Shown one piece after another: positions 29,444 to 39,695 of a stretch of 64,000 nucleotides of DNA. The position numbers were made by a program, and so were the translations under genes. The notes under the pieces are model-generated. The model was not told the DNA's origin. It ran no database searches and saw only the letters and a list, made by a program, of their open reading frames with translations. The stretch spans positions 247 through 64,246 of the forward strand of contig JAPLCU010000009.1 in the NCBI GenBank assembly GCA_026392045.1, given 5' to 3'. The stretch's first letter is position 1; every line of letters begins with the position of its first letter. This stretch comes from Armatimonadota bacterium (GTDB lineage: Bacteria; Armatimonadota; UBA5829).

Positions 29444-30676
29444 CTAACTCTGGCTCTGTTCGCCGCCGGGAGAATCTTTGCTTGGGCCGCGGTTTCCACC
29501 GTCGCCTCGTCCGCGTGGGCGGTTGCGGTTGTTGCGATTTTGTCTCGCGCCATCGGTGCGCTCACCCTGGTTCTGGCCGCCGTTGCCGCCTTGCTGAGGC
29601 TTCTGTGGAGACTGCGGCCCGGAGGTTGGCTCTCGGAAAGTAACGCCCTTCGTCGACCGATCTTGTGCAGGACGCTCTCTTGTCGGCTGCTCCGGGCGGC
29701 GATTGCGATTCTCGCTGCTCGGGAACCTGACATCTTCGACAATATCAACGAAATCATCTACAATGTCATCATCTTCTTCATCGTCCGGCAATATAACAAC
29801 AGGGTGATCCGGATCGGCTATAAGGGTCTGGCAGTTTTTCTCTGTCATGCTGCATCCAATGCCATGTCGACGACAAATACCCTCGAGTTTGAGCTGGTTT
29901 GCCGGAACGTGAATTTGCACTCCGTCCTCAGTCTCCATGGTGATTATGTAGTTGATTACATTGACATCCAAAACACGCGCTCTGCCCTTTTCCCATTGCA
30001 GTATCGCGCCGACCGCAGGCAAACGCCTCTGCGATTCTTTGTAATGCTCATGCTCATAGCGCAAGCAGCACATCAGCTTGCCGCAGCATCCGGAAAACTT
30101 GGCTGGGTTGAGAAAAAGGCTTTGGTCCTTGGCCATTTTCATAGAAATGGGTTCGAAGTTGCTGAGAAATGTAGCGCAGCATAGAGGTCTGCCGCAGCCG
30201 CCATAGCCGCCGACCAGTTTCGCCTCGTCTCTCACACCTATCTGATGGAGTTGCACCTTTGTCTTGAGCGCTCCGGCGACATCTTTTACCAATTCGCGGA
30301 AATCGATTCTGCCTTCAGCGGAGAACGAAAATGTAACCTGCGACCCATCGAACGCGCACTCAGCCTCAAGCAGCTTCATCACCAAACCGTGCTCGTTGAT
30401 TTTTCGCTCACAAACTTCATAAGCATTGCGCTCTTTTTCGCGGTTTGCAGCTTCGTGCTCAAGATCAGCTCCATTAGCAACCCGCACAACTCTTTTCAGA
30501 GGCGCAACCAGCTCGACCTCGGAAACCTGACGCGGTTCAAGAACCACCTCGCCAAACTCCACGCCCCGCGCAGTCTCAGCTATAACAAAATCACCCTCTT
30601 TGAGAGCAAGCTCACCAGGGTTGAAATAATAGACTTTTCCAACTTTTCTAAAAGAAATACCCACAACAAGCGGCAT
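29444..30676 (-). CDS. ricT: PSP1-domain protein RicT/YaaT with low-complexity C-terminal tail
   Basis: Near-canonical YaaT blocks VVGISFRKVGKVYYF, ELVKDVAGALKTKVQLHQIGVRDEAKLVGGYGGCGRPLCCATFL, ISMKMAKDQSLFLNPAKFSGCCGKLMCCLRYE. Confidence 0.8.
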   Translation of the reverse strand: MPLVVGISFRKVGKVYYFNPGELALKEGDFVIAETARGVEFGEVVLEPRQVSEVELVAPLKRVVRVANGADLEHEAANREKERNAYEVCERKINEHGLVMKLLEAECAFDGSQVTFSFSAEGRIDFRELVKDVAGALKTKVQLHQIGVRDEAKLVGGYGGCGRPLCCATFLSNFEPISMKMAKDQSLFLNPAKFSGCCGKLMCCLRYEHEHYKESQRRLPAVGAILQWEKGRARVLDVNVINYIITMETEDGVQIHVPANQLKLEGICRRHGIGCSMTEKNCQTLIADPDHPVVILPDDEEDDDIVDDFVDIVEDVRFPSSENRNRRPEQPTRERPAQDRSTKGVTFREPTSGPQSPQKPQQGGNGGQNQGERTDGARQNRNNRNRPRGRGDGGNRGPSKDSPGGEQSQS

Positions 30677-30882
30677 AGTATTATCCCCTTATCTACACGA
30701 TAATTCTAACACATTGCCGATTGTCCAGCAAATTTATGAGGGGTCTGAATTAGATTATAGATCAACATCGAGTATTTCTAACTGAACGTGAGATTAGCAA
30801 CCATATAACATCATACGCTTCCGTGGTATAATATATTTGAGCAGATTGCCTGGAGAATTGCCACATTACAGGAGCGGATATC

Positions 30883-31083
30883 ATGGTTTTTAAGGTTGTT
30901 CTGGAGCCCAGTGCGGATGGGGGATACACTGCGATAGTTCCTTCGTTACCTGGATGTATCACTGAAGGCGAGAGCGTTGAAGAGACGATGTGCAACGTCC
31001 GAGAAGCCATCGAGCTATATCTTGAGCCTATAGATGAGTATTCGCTGCCGGAGGGGTCAGTGATAAGGGAGCTAAGTATTTGA
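30883..31083 (+). CDS. hicB: HicB-family antitoxin (short form)
   Basis: MVFKVVLEPSADGGYTAIVPSLPGCITEGESVEETMCNVREAIELYLE matches the HicB/UPF0150 N-terminal domain. Confidence 0.7.
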   Translation: MVFKVVLEPSADGGYTAIVPSLPGCITEGESVEETMCNVREAIELYLEPIDEYSLPEGSVIRELSI

Positions 31084-31307
31084 GCAAAGTTCTCAGCCTC
31101 AACTATCCGGAGATAATCAGGGCGCTTGAGCCCGCCGGCTGGGTAGGAATTCAGCAACGCGGCAGCCGCATTCGCCTGCACAAGTTCGTGGATGGCGAGG
31201 TGATGAAAGTCACCGTGCCCGCGCATAAGCCAGTTAAGCGTTCAACACTGGCTCATATCCTCAAACAAGCCCGGCTTGATATAGACCGATTTCTGGAACT
31301 GCTCTAG
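31080..31307 (+). CDS. hicA: HicA-family mRNA interferase toxin
   Basis: GWVGIQQRGSRIRLHKFVDGEVMKVTVPAHKPVKRSTLAHILKQARL matches the HicA (YcfA-like) consensus. 4-nt ATGA overlap with hicB. Confidence 0.7.
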   Translation: MSKVLSLNYPEIIRALEPAGWVGIQQRGSRIRLHKFVDGEVMKVTVPAHKPVKRSTLAHILKQARLDIDRFLELL

Positions 31308-31338
31308 ACTACACGTTCCAAGAAACTCAAGCCAGCCC

Positions 31339-31959
31339 TCACTCCACATTCGCCCCATGACACTGCGCGAAGTATACGGCTTGAGAGATATCCAAGTGGG
31401 CGTCCTTGATGTCGGCGGTGCGTAGGTCGGCGCCGGATATGTTTGCGCCGCGAAGGTCTGCGCCGATTAATTTTGCCTGGCTGAGGTTTGCTTTGGTCAG
31501 GTCGGCGTCTCGGAGGACGGCATTGGTGAGGTCTGCGCCGGTGAAGTCGGTTTCGGTGAACATAATGCCGCTGAGGTCCAAACCCTCCAGTTTTTGAAAA
31601 CGCAGGCTTGCCCAGGACCAGTTTCCACCCTCGATGGTAACGCCGCCGAGGTTAGCTTCAGCAAAGGTAGCGCCCAGCATGCGGCAGTTTTCAAAGCGTG
31701 AAACAAATAGATCGGCGGCGGTGAATGTGCAATTGTCAAAAGAAGACTCGCAGAAAACTGATGCGTTCATGCGCGCGTTGGTGAAATCGCATTCCTCAAA
31801 CCGGCAATGCGTCGTGCGCAGTTCGCTCAAATCCGCGCCGTTGAATCGGCATTGCGTGAATGAACATTTTACAAGTTCAAGCTCGGATAAATCCTGATGC
31901 TCGAAGTTTTTGTTTGCATAATCCGCTTCAGCAAATTTATTCGGCTTGTCTTGGGTCAT
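31339..31959 (-). CDS. Pentapeptide-repeat protein
   Basis: Tandem A(D/N)LxG pentapeptides throughout. Start at MTQDKPNKF (ATGA overlap with the upstream GHL10 gene). Confidence 0.75.
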   Translation of the reverse strand: MTQDKPNKFAEADYANKNFEHQDLSELELVKCSFTQCRFNGADLSELRTTHCRFEECDFTNARMNASVFCESSFDNCTFTAADLFVSRFENCRMLGATFAEANLGGVTIEGGNWSWASLRFQKLEGLDLSGIMFTETDFTGADLTNAVLRDADLTKANLSQAKLIGADLRGANISGADLRTADIKDAHLDISQAVYFAQCHGANVE

Positions 31960-33593
31960 TTGCCGCCCTTGACCTTGTCGATCAGTCCTGGCACATCGTG
32001 AGGAGCCTTCGCGGGAGCCGGAAAGACCTCGTTCAGATACTGCCACCAGCCGTATTTGCGCAGGTAGACCAGATCAAAGATCATACAGCCCTGGGTCTTA
32101 TCCAGGCACTGCCTCATAGATTCCACGAACCTGTCCGGCCGAGCAGCGTATTGATAGACATACAGGCTGCCATAGACGAATGTTGCGTCCTTTACGGCAT
32201 TCATAGACTCTTCCGTCGCCGCCTCCACGCTCTTCCACTCTTCATCACCTGCGGCGATAGCGTCTTTGCGGGTGGGGTGAGTGTAATAGCAGCCCGTGCA
32301 CATATAATCTACAAGGTTGGCGTAGCCGGTTTCCTCGTAGCCATCCGGCCACCATTCATGCTGCGCAGTGTTGGCGCTGCTGCCCCAATTGACCCCGACA
32401 TCATAATACATGGGATACCAAGACCCCACATATATGCCTAGCTTGACGGTGGGTTTGGCCATTTTCACGGTCTTTCTGGCCTCAGCAAGGAAATCATGCA
32501 TCACTGTAGCGCGGAACTTGACCCAGTCCTTGAAATGCATGCCTCGGATTATATCATCGCCAGGGATGGGATTTCGCTTGTAGATATCGTAAGGCCAGTT
32601 TGCGATTTTCTTGCCAAGGAATTTCTCGAATGCTGCTCGGCTTGCATCGCTAAAATCAGTGTAGATGTTTGGGTAGCGCATGCGATCGAGCACGATGCCG
32701 TCTACTGCGTATTTGCGGCAAATCTCTTTGATTATGCTCAGCTCATAAGCCCTGACTTCAGGGTTCACCGGGTTCACGAATATGGCGTTGTGAACGTTGC
32801 TCAACTCTCCAATCTTCATGAAGCGCTCGTTTCCCTCAATGTGGAGTCGAACTTTATTATCTGAACAATCTTTGAGCCATTGCCCAGCCTCGCCGGCGCC
32901 TAGAAGCAGGAATCCGCCCTCGGGGTTGGAAATGCGAGCCTTACCCGTCGCAATGCCGCACGATATCGGTTTGCCATCGTGAGTGATTCTCAAATATGTC
33001 GTGTTTGGCGGCAAGACACCCGCCGGTTTGGAACCAGCGCCGTAGAGGCAGATATCGCCCACCATATAAGGCGTGTTCGAGCAGGTCATCTTCATCCTGG
33101 CGCCATTGTCACCAACCAGGAACCGCTCCACCTCATACTGCACGCATTGCCAGTCCGGATTCTTATAAGCCGGACCACCAGGAACATTCGCCGCGCCCTC
33201 GCTGAACACATTCATAGCCGCATGAATATTAATGCCAACTTTGTGGGCTTCTTCAATTACCGTCTGCAGCAGATCGTATTTTTGCGGATAATGCCTGCCT
33301 TCCCATTCGGTCAGGTGCGGTGCGATCTTGCTATTGTATAAAACCAGACCGCATAGCGGCTTCACATCCAGCACAATAGTATTTATGTGAGCGGCTTTGC
33401 ATTGCGCTACGGCCTCTGCCACGCCAGATCGAGTAGAAAGCTCCCAGAGGTTGGCTTCCGCATCGAACCATACCACCCGGCCCTGCAAACCCATTTGCTT
33501 AGCTATAAGGTTTGCGCGGCTGTCATCCGCCGCACCCGAAGAGACGAACATTAGTGTTATCCCTACTATTATCAGTATTTTGATAAACATCAT
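31956..33593 (-). CDS. Glycoside-hydrolase-like family 10 (GHL10/DUF187) protein, secreted
   Basis: Signal peptide. TIM-barrel-like blocks (INTIVLDVKP, DGIVLDRMRYP) resembling the YngK/GHL10 family. Confidence 0.5.
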   Translation of the reverse strand: MMFIKILIIVGITLMFVSSGAADDSRANLIAKQMGLQGRVVWFDAEANLWELSTRSGVAEAVAQCKAAHINTIVLDVKPLCGLVLYNSKIAPHLTEWEGRHYPQKYDLLQTVIEEAHKVGINIHAAMNVFSEGAANVPGGPAYKNPDWQCVQYEVERFLVGDNGARMKMTCSNTPYMVGDICLYGAGSKPAGVLPPNTTYLRITHDGKPISCGIATGKARISNPEGGFLLLGAGEAGQWLKDCSDNKVRLHIEGNERFMKIGELSNVHNAIFVNPVNPEVRAYELSIIKEICRKYAVDGIVLDRMRYPNIYTDFSDASRAAFEKFLGKKIANWPYDIYKRNPIPGDDIIRGMHFKDWVKFRATVMHDFLAEARKTVKMAKPTVKLGIYVGSWYPMYYDVGVNWGSSANTAQHEWWPDGYEETGYANLVDYMCTGCYYTHPTRKDAIAAGDEEWKSVEAATEESMNAVKDATFVYGSLYVYQYAARPDRFVESMRQCLDKTQGCMIFDLVYLRKYGWWQYLNEVFPAPAKAPHDVPGLIDKVKGGK

Positions 33594-33653
33594 TTACAAG
33601 TTCGGGCGTCCCGATTTAATCGGGACAGCCCGCAATCATTGTCTGATGCCTGG

Positions 33654-35450
33654 TTACGACCTCACTACGACCGTTGCCGGATAGTTCGAGCCTGCCACCG
33701 GGATGGTTATAATATTTACGTTTCGTTCCTCACCCGGTTTCAGCTGGTAAGAAACCAGCGGGTAATCATTCGGCGGCTTAGCATATTTGATCGCAACCAA
33801 AGCGCCGTTAATCATGAATACCCCGGATGCAAGTCCCGCAGTCGGGTCGAAAGCTACAATTACCTTTTTTGTATTATCGGTCGGGTTTTCAATTCTTAAG
33901 TTTATATCGTAGGTCACGCCGTAGTTGCCGTAGAGCTTTTTCTGTGAGCTGGCCTCAGTCACGGCGTGCTTACCGATGGGAATAAACACCCATTGCCTGC
34001 CGACGATGTAGTTTGTGTCGATATTTTTCACGGGGCTTGAGTAGACCTGCTCAGACATGGACGCAACAAACGGGTTCGGCGATGGCGTTATATCGCCTCT
34101 TGCCACATTATCCAGACCAAGCGGGTTGGATACCACTTTCACATAAGCCGGGTTGCCGCTCATCTGCCTTATCTCAACAACTCCACTGATGGTTTCGTTG
34201 TGCTTCAATTTGTGCGCAACGAGGACAAGGCGAGATTGCGGCGGCACCGTCTCGATTACGCTGACCTCGTTCTTATAATCTGTCATGAATGCCGTAGTTG
34301 CCATGTAACCGACCAAAACAGTATTTATTGACGGGCTCGACACCCCTCGAAAAACTCTGAACATAGCAGGAGTGCTGCCAGTGTTTATGATATCAACAAT
34401 AAAATGGGCGCGCTTGCCCATGTCATTTTGATGATGGAAAAGAAGCCGCGTGGACTTGTCCAGCTCCAACTTGCCCGCGAATAGCGTCTGATATTTCAGC
34501 AATCGCTCGGGGTTGTTGCTATAGAAAAGCTGCCGGACTGTTTCGCTCGGCATCAAGGAGTTGTTGACCTGCACCACCGTTTTGCTGGTAGATGGTATGT
34601 AGCCAACGCCTGAAACAGTGATATTTACATCCACCTGCCGTGACCGGCTTCGCCCAAGCGCGCCGCCATTGACATCAACGCTGCCAATCCGCACCATCGC
34701 GCCCGCCTCATGAACTGCCAAGCGAGATGCAGCCTGAACAGCCGCATATCCAACAGTGCTGCTCGGGCACGGGTTGCCGGTGACTTCTGCAAACGCCATA
34801 TTCCCGACTTTGCCTGCGTATTTGCGGACCGTCACAAGGAGCATGACAGTTTCGCCCTCTACGCTGACCTCCAGCTGAGTGGCGCCGGTCTTCAGACCGG
34901 TTATTTGGATATTTCGGTCATAATCATTGGCAGTAACCTGGGCGACATCTTCATCGGCCGCTATGACCGATATCGGCCCGCCGGCCGCCCCGCCCACGGT
35001 GACACTTCGATTTTCTCCAAGCGGCACCAGAATGCTGCTGTCGCTGAGTTTTATTGGGGGAAGCGCAATGAGCGACTTCATATTGGAAACCCAAATATTT
35101 GCCAACGCAATCGCGCTTGTGCCGTTTTCTTTGGCGTCCTTTGCAGTCGCCACGCAGATGAAAGTCTCGCCTGCGTAGATGCGTCCGGCGCTTCCCCGGG
35201 ACTTAACATACAAAGATTTAGCGCTCAGGCCAGCGTCTATGAGCGCTTTGAGGCGTGTGGCTGCCAAAGCCGCTCTGTCCGCAGGTGGAAGCAATCCGTT
35301 TGTGGTCAAAAATCGCGCGGCAGGCTTACCATTGATGAGCAAAGCGCCCGCATCCGTGCTCACCTTGGGCTTGAACTCCGCCCACGCAGTTCCGGAAATC
35401 ACCGCAAGGATTACGGCAGCCGTTACACACAGTTTTCCTCTGAAAAGCAT
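33654..35450 (-). CDS. Secreted protein with Ig-like (BIG2-type) domain, unknown function
   Basis: Signal peptide. BIG2-like segment (VTVGGAAGGPISVIAADEDVAQVTANDYDRNIQITGLKTGATQLEV). Confidence 0.5.
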   Translation of the reverse strand: MLFRGKLCVTAAVILAVISGTAWAEFKPKVSTDAGALLINGKPAARFLTTNGLLPPADRAALAATRLKALIDAGLSAKSLYVKSRGSAGRIYAGETFICVATAKDAKENGTSAIALANIWVSNMKSLIALPPIKLSDSSILVPLGENRSVTVGGAAGGPISVIAADEDVAQVTANDYDRNIQITGLKTGATQLEVSVEGETVMLLVTVRKYAGKVGNMAFAEVTGNPCPSSTVGYAAVQAASRLAVHEAGAMVRIGSVDVNGGALGRSRSRQVDVNITVSGVGYIPSTSKTVVQVNNSLMPSETVRQLFYSNNPERLLKYQTLFAGKLELDKSTRLLFHHQNDMGKRAHFIVDIINTGSTPAMFRVFRGVSSPSINTVLVGYMATTAFMTDYKNEVSVIETVPPQSRLVLVAHKLKHNETISGVVEIRQMSGNPAYVKVVSNPLGLDNVARGDITPSPNPFVASMSEQVYSSPVKNIDTNYIVGRQWVFIPIGKHAVTEASSQKKLYGNYGVTYDINLRIENPTDNTKKVIVAFDPTAGLASGVFMINGALVAIKYAKPPNDYPLVSYQLKPGEERNVNIITIPVAGSNYPATVVVRS

Positions 35451-35479
35451 TCAAAAACCCCCTGCAAATCACCAAAAAA

Positions 35480-35516
35480 AACGGGGAAAGTCCCCAAATA
35501 GTCTTTCCCCAAATAG
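35480..35516 (-). terminator. Rho-independent terminator on minus strand (ggggaaag-N12-ctttcccc then T8)
   Basis: On the minus strand: GGGGAAAGactatttggggaCTTTCCCC followed by GTTTTTTTTGG, about 30 nt after the stop of the 94-aa ORF. Confidence 0.55.
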
Positions 35517-35546
35517 GTACATATTGTCTATTCTTACATAGTAATT

Positions 35547-35831
35547 CTATTGCTCAACGGCGATGGTGTCAAGCTGTCTGAACGATTCCTTGCATTGCGC
35601 AGACAGTATTTTGGCATCGAAAGGTAGAACCCGAAGATTGGTCGAGACTGATGAAGTGGCAATAAATTCTGGTCCATCTTGCTTCATCCTCCCTTCGATG
35701 ACTTTAACCGTATAGGTTCCGTGGGTTTTGAATGTGTAAATGGCTGAGATAACCAGGTAATAGGCGCTTGTCTGATTGGGATTGATCTCATTGGACCCGC
35801 CGCCAATGAAGTCCAGGAGAACGGGCCGCAA
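35547..35831 (-). CDS. Small hypothetical protein (94 aa), possibly a gene remnant next to the IS
   Basis: ORF immediately downstream of the ISL3 element and followed by a strong terminator. No domain recognised. Confidence 0.3.
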   Translation of the reverse strand: MRPVLLDFIGGGSNEINPNQTSAYYLVISAIYTFKTHGTYTVKVIEGRMKQDGPEFIATSSVSTNLRVLPFDAKILSAQCKESFRQLDTIAVEQ

Positions 35832-35879
35832 CCGGTAATGTGCACCACATCAATGGTAAATCAACAAAAATATCTGGCG

Positions 35880-37119
35880 CTATGGGCTTTTGTGTGGATA
35901 GAGCGCCAGTTTTCTGAGAAAGAAGAGGATTGCGATTCGATAACTGGCAAAGCGTCTGAATCCATGTGCGCAGGCTTTGATATGCTGGATACGGCTATTC
36001 AAGCCCTCAGCCATTGCGTTTGTACGACGGTGCCGTAAGTAGGCCAGCAGACCGGTCAGATGCCTATTCAACATATCCGCCACTTTGGTGAGATGCCGTG
36101 TTGCCGAGGGCGAGGGCGTCCTCATACCATTGAGTGAAGAAGAGATGGCCCTCCTCGATGGTGTTGCAGGCAAAGAAAGAACGAAAGGTTTCTTTGAACG
36201 ACCAGACTTTGGCAGTGGCTAAGTCCTGATCCCGCAGGTCAGCAAATCGCTCGCGTTGAGTGTCGGTGAAGCGGTCTGGCCCTTTGAGCCAGAGGTATTT
36301 GCTGTTTTTGAGAGTGTAACAGTCCTGTTGGAGTAGCGTTTTATGCTCGGCCCGCGGGGTTTTATCCACGGCGGCGTTGAGGTATTGGGCGGTGTGAAAG
36401 CGGTCATGGATGATATCTGCTTGAGTTAGGATTGTCTGAGCGGCATTCATGAATGCTTCCCACATGTCCATGGTGATCGAGCGTACGCCGCAGCGCTGGG
36501 TGCCTGTGAGGGTCTCGGTAAGCAAGGCGCTCGTGGCATCTTTCATGCGGGTTTCGCACACATCGAGGCCACGTCCGGCGATGGCATCGCCCAGCACAGT
36601 CATGTACTGGTGCCCGCGGGCGAAGCTCTTCTCATCGAGGGTGAGATGCTCAATCACTTCGTCTTCGTCCCGACGTTTGAGGCCACGGTGAACTGCACGC
36701 TCCATGAGATCATGAACCTGGTTGGGGGTGAGTCCCAGGAGGCCGGCTGTTTTGGCTTGCATCTGTGTTGCGAGGAGAATGTCAATCGCAAAGCGCTCAA
36801 ATAGGAGTGTGAAGCGGGAATGTGGCTCGCACCAGGGCAAGGCGGCGGTCAGAACCCCGTGGGTCTCACAGCGCACCCGTGGCGCTTCGGCAACCAAGTA
36901 AGTCTGGAACTGGCAACTGTCAAGATGCCGCCAAGTACACTCCTTGCGGTGATCGTAGAGCGTGGCAGGCTCGCCAAATGTGGGACAGCTCCAGATCGCA
37001 TCCGTAGCCTCCACGAGATAAACATACACGGCGATCTCCTCAATGTTGAGGGAAACGCGGTCAACGGTCCACGGGGATTCGACCCCCAAGAGTTGGCGGT
37101 AAAGTTCAATGTCTTGCAT
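35880..37119 (-). pseudogene. ISL3 transposase, frameshifted (two overlapping ORF fragments)
   Basis: N-terminal/core frame ends at 36064. The C-terminal ISL3 block is in another frame (35880..36173). ISL3 transposases are normally a single ORF of about 430 aa. Confidence 0.55.
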
Positions 37120-37250
37120 ACCGAAGAGTATATGGGATTTGCGGAAAATGGACAAGAGTAGCACTGGTGGGAGGGGGCACTGGAGGCACCCTGATTGAAC
37201 CGGATCGAAAATAAACTGAAAATAACTGGCGCGAGGGGTTGACAATGCTC
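35880..37250 (-). mobile_element. ISL3-family insertion sequence (about 1.35 kb) with frameshifted transposase
   Basis: Transposase pieces in two frames: 36064..37119 (MQDIELYRQLLG...LTLDEKSFARGHQYMTVLGD DDE_Tnp_ISL3 core) and 35880..36173 (C-terminal ...AEGLNSRIQHIKACAHGFRRFASYRIAILF). Imperfect terminal inverted repeats around CTGAAAATAACTGGCGCGAGG (about 37210-37240) and CTCAGAAAACTGGCGCTCTATCC (RC of about 35898-35920). Boundaries are +/-20 bp. Confidence 0.6.
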
Positions 37251-37494
37251 AAATTTCATGGTGCTTTGAACTTAGTAGCTTGGGGCAGATGATGTGCGCA
37301 TGAGCAATAGTGTTTATCCACAAACTTCCCCATTGCGCCCAAATATCTAAAGCAAGGCTTAATAACTCAATATTAAGGAGGTATACTCAAAACAAGTCTG
37401 TTTGGCACGATTCTTGCTAGTGTTATCTATATAAGCTCAACCATTAGCTTTAAACCATCCTTAGAGAAAATTCCTGAAATGGAGAAAAGAATCT

Positions 37495-38169
37495 ATGAAA
37501 ATGTTAAGAAAGAGACTCGTTTTAGTAATTGCAATCGGGCTGATTGCAATCGGGCTGATCGCAATAGCAACATGCTCTTTTGCGGCAACCGTCTCGTATA
37601 ACACGTCGACGCCTATAGCGTATTCAACAACTGACTGGGTAAATGCTTTGATGTTCCAGCAGTTCAACACTGCGCTCGGCACCCTTACTCAGGTAGACCT
37701 GTCGATAACCTCCGCGATTCAAACCACTTTGACCGTGGAAAACCAGGCTGATTCAGACTCGAGTGGCAATGCAAAGACTCACCTAACGGTAACAGCTATA
37801 GATCCCAACAGTTTGTTGACCCTGGTGCCGAATATCTATAGCCCTGCGTTTAACTACATCTTGACCCCCTGGCAAGTTGCAACCTCTGGATTACTCGAAA
37901 ATAACGGAACCGACTTTGGGTCCTGGACATCTACGCCAATTCTGACGGAGTTCACAGGTTCAGGCAACATTGGTATAGGTCTCCTCACTTTCACTGAGAC
38001 AGTAACTGCCAACACCGGCGGCAACACCGTATCCAGCCAGGTAACGGATGCGAACGCGACAGGAACCGTCACATATCATTATGAAGTCGTTCCTGAACCG
38101 GGCAGCATACTCGTTCTGAGCAGCGCACTCATTGGTTTACTGGGTTTTGCGCGTAAGCGCAAGAACTAA
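37495..38169 (+). CDS. PEP-CTERM sorting-domain secreted protein
   Basis: Signal peptide. C-terminal VPEPGSILVLSSALIGLLGFARKRKN (PEP motif, TM helix, basic tail). Confidence 0.75.
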   Translation: MKMLRKRLVLVIAIGLIAIGLIAIATCSFAATVSYNTSTPIAYSTTDWVNALMFQQFNTALGTLTQVDLSITSAIQTTLTVENQADSDSSGNAKTHLTVTAIDPNSLLTLVPNIYSPAFNYILTPWQVATSGLLENNGTDFGSWTSTPILTEFTGSGNIGIGLLTFTETVTANTGGNTVSSQVTDANATGTVTYHYEVVPEPGSILVLSSALIGLLGFARKRKN

Positions 38170-38190
38170 GGCAGTAAGTTTAAATTATCA

Positions 38191-38226
38191 AGCTCCCGAC
38201 CAATACGGTCGGGAGCTTTTTTTGTT
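38191..38226 (+). terminator. Rho-independent terminator
   Basis: agctcccgacc-aatac-ggtcgggagct followed by TTTTTTTGTTTGG. Confidence 0.7.
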
Positions 38227-38257
38227 TGGGTCGGTCTAAATGTGAGGTCTATTTGGA

Positions 38258-38821
38258 CTACCGTTCTTTGCTGATGAGCGTCATGAACTCCGTGCGGGTC
38301 GAAACGGACTCGTGGAAGCTGCCTAGCACGCTCGATGTGGTCATCATAGAGTTCTGCTTTTCCACCCCGCGCATCATCATGCAAAGGTGCTGGGCCTCAA
38401 TTACAACGCCCACGCCCTCACAGTCAACGAAGCTCTTAATGGCTCGCGCAATCTGCTGCGTTAGCCTTTCCTGAATCTGCAGCCGCCTGGCGTAGCAATC
38501 GACTATCCTCGCAAGTTTGCTTACACCCAGCACTTTATCTTTTGAAATGTAACCTATATGACACCGGCCAAAAAACGGCAGCATGTGATGCTCGCATATA
38601 CTATAAACTTCTATATCGCGCACAACCACCATGTTGTTGGTGGAATGCGTGAATATTGCGCCGTTGATCACTTCTTCTATAGTCTGCTTGTAACCCTTGA
38701 GCATAAACTCATAGGCTGCAGCCACTCTTTTGGGCGTGTCCTGCAAGCCCTCTCTATTCGGGTCTTCGCCGAGTTCTATCAGCAATTGTCTGACAAGCTC
38801 TGCGATGCGTTCCTGGTTCAT
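38258..38821 (-). CDS. folE: GTP cyclohydrolase I
   Basis: Highly conserved FolE blocks [53 protein letters not shown]. Confidence 0.9.
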   Translation of the reverse strand: MNQERIAELVRQLLIELGEDPNREGLQDTPKRVAAAYEFMLKGYKQTIEEVINGAIFTHSTNNMVVVRDIEVYSICEHHMLPFFGRCHIGYISKDKVLGVSKLARIVDCYARRLQIQERLTQQIARAIKSFVDCEGVGVVIEAQHLCMMMRGVEKQNSMMTTSSVLGSFHESVSTRTEFMTLISKER

Positions 38822-39333
38822 GTTCCTATCTCCTTGCGCAGTGCGGCGGTAAAATCTACGAGCGGGCGCATCAAATTCGAGACCAATGAGCGAGCTATAT
38901 CCAATATGCGATCTCCGCTTTCGGGCAAGACCAAATTCGGGTCCATCTCCGCAATCGCCGCCGCCGCAAACGCCCTGGTGTATATATCGGGGTCCGGAAT
39001 AATAAGTTCCGGTTCGTCTATAACGGCATCCCCATATATCATTATATCAAGGTCTATGGTTCTTGGGCTATATTTATTCTCAGTTCTCAGCCTGCCGAGA
39101 GATTTTTCTATGCCGCGGAGCGCTTCGAACTTGAGCGCGTGCGCTGGGATATCAGTTTCGATAAGCGCTGCGCCGTTGATGAAATCGGGCGAATTGGAAT
39201 TTCCCACGGCAGGGGTTTGGTAAAAAGTCGACACCGCAATGACCCTCACCCGCGCTTTGAGCATCTTTACGGCGGCGGTAATATTTCTCTCCGGGTCTAT
39301 ATTCGAGCCGATTCCCACGTATACCCGCGCCAT
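38818..39333 (-). CDS. folK: 2-amino-4-hydroxy-6-hydroxymethyldihydropteridine pyrophosphokinase (HPPK)
   Basis: [19 protein letters not shown] and [12 protein letters not shown] blocks. 4-nt overlap with folE. Confidence 0.85.
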   Translation of the reverse strand: MARVYVGIGSNIDPERNITAAVKMLKARVRVIAVSTFYQTPAVGNSNSPDFINGAALIETDIPAHALKFEALRGIEKSLGRLRTENKYSPRTIDLDIMIYGDAVIDEPELIIPDPDIYTRAFAAAAIAEMDPNLVLPESGDRILDIARSLVSNLMRPLVDFTAALRKEIGT

Positions 39334-39335
39334 AT

Positions 39336-39695
39336 CTAAACTTGCTCGCGTTTGCGGGATATTTCGACCCCGACCGTTCGCGCGTAACGCAGGGCGGAGG
39401 GTTTTTCCACCAGCACATCCACCTGTTCAACTCTATCGAACTCAAGACACGCCTGCGCGATTGCCGCAGCCAGGGCTTCGACAAGCTGAAACTGCGAGCT
39501 TTCCACCAACGCCAAAACGCGCTGCTTCACGGCTTTGTAATCGATGGTGTCGTTGAAGTCATCCGTCACACCGGCTTGCATCAGATTGGCATGCAGGGTG
39601 ATATTGATTACAACTTCTTGCTTTACCTCGCGCTCGTGCTCGTAAATGCCTATGATGCACTTGAGCGCTAAGTCTCGAATGTGGATTTTATCCAC
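39336..39695 (-). CDS. folB: Dihydroneopterin aldolase
   Basis: MDKIHIRDLALKCIIGIYEHEREVKQEVVINITL matches the FolB N-terminal consensus. 119 aa. Confidence 0.85.
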   Translation of the reverse strand: MDKIHIRDLALKCIIGIYEHEREVKQEVVINITLHANLMQAGVTDDFNDTIDYKAVKQRVLALVESSQFQLVEALAAAIAQACLEFDRVEQVDVLVEKPSALRYARTVGVEISRKREQV

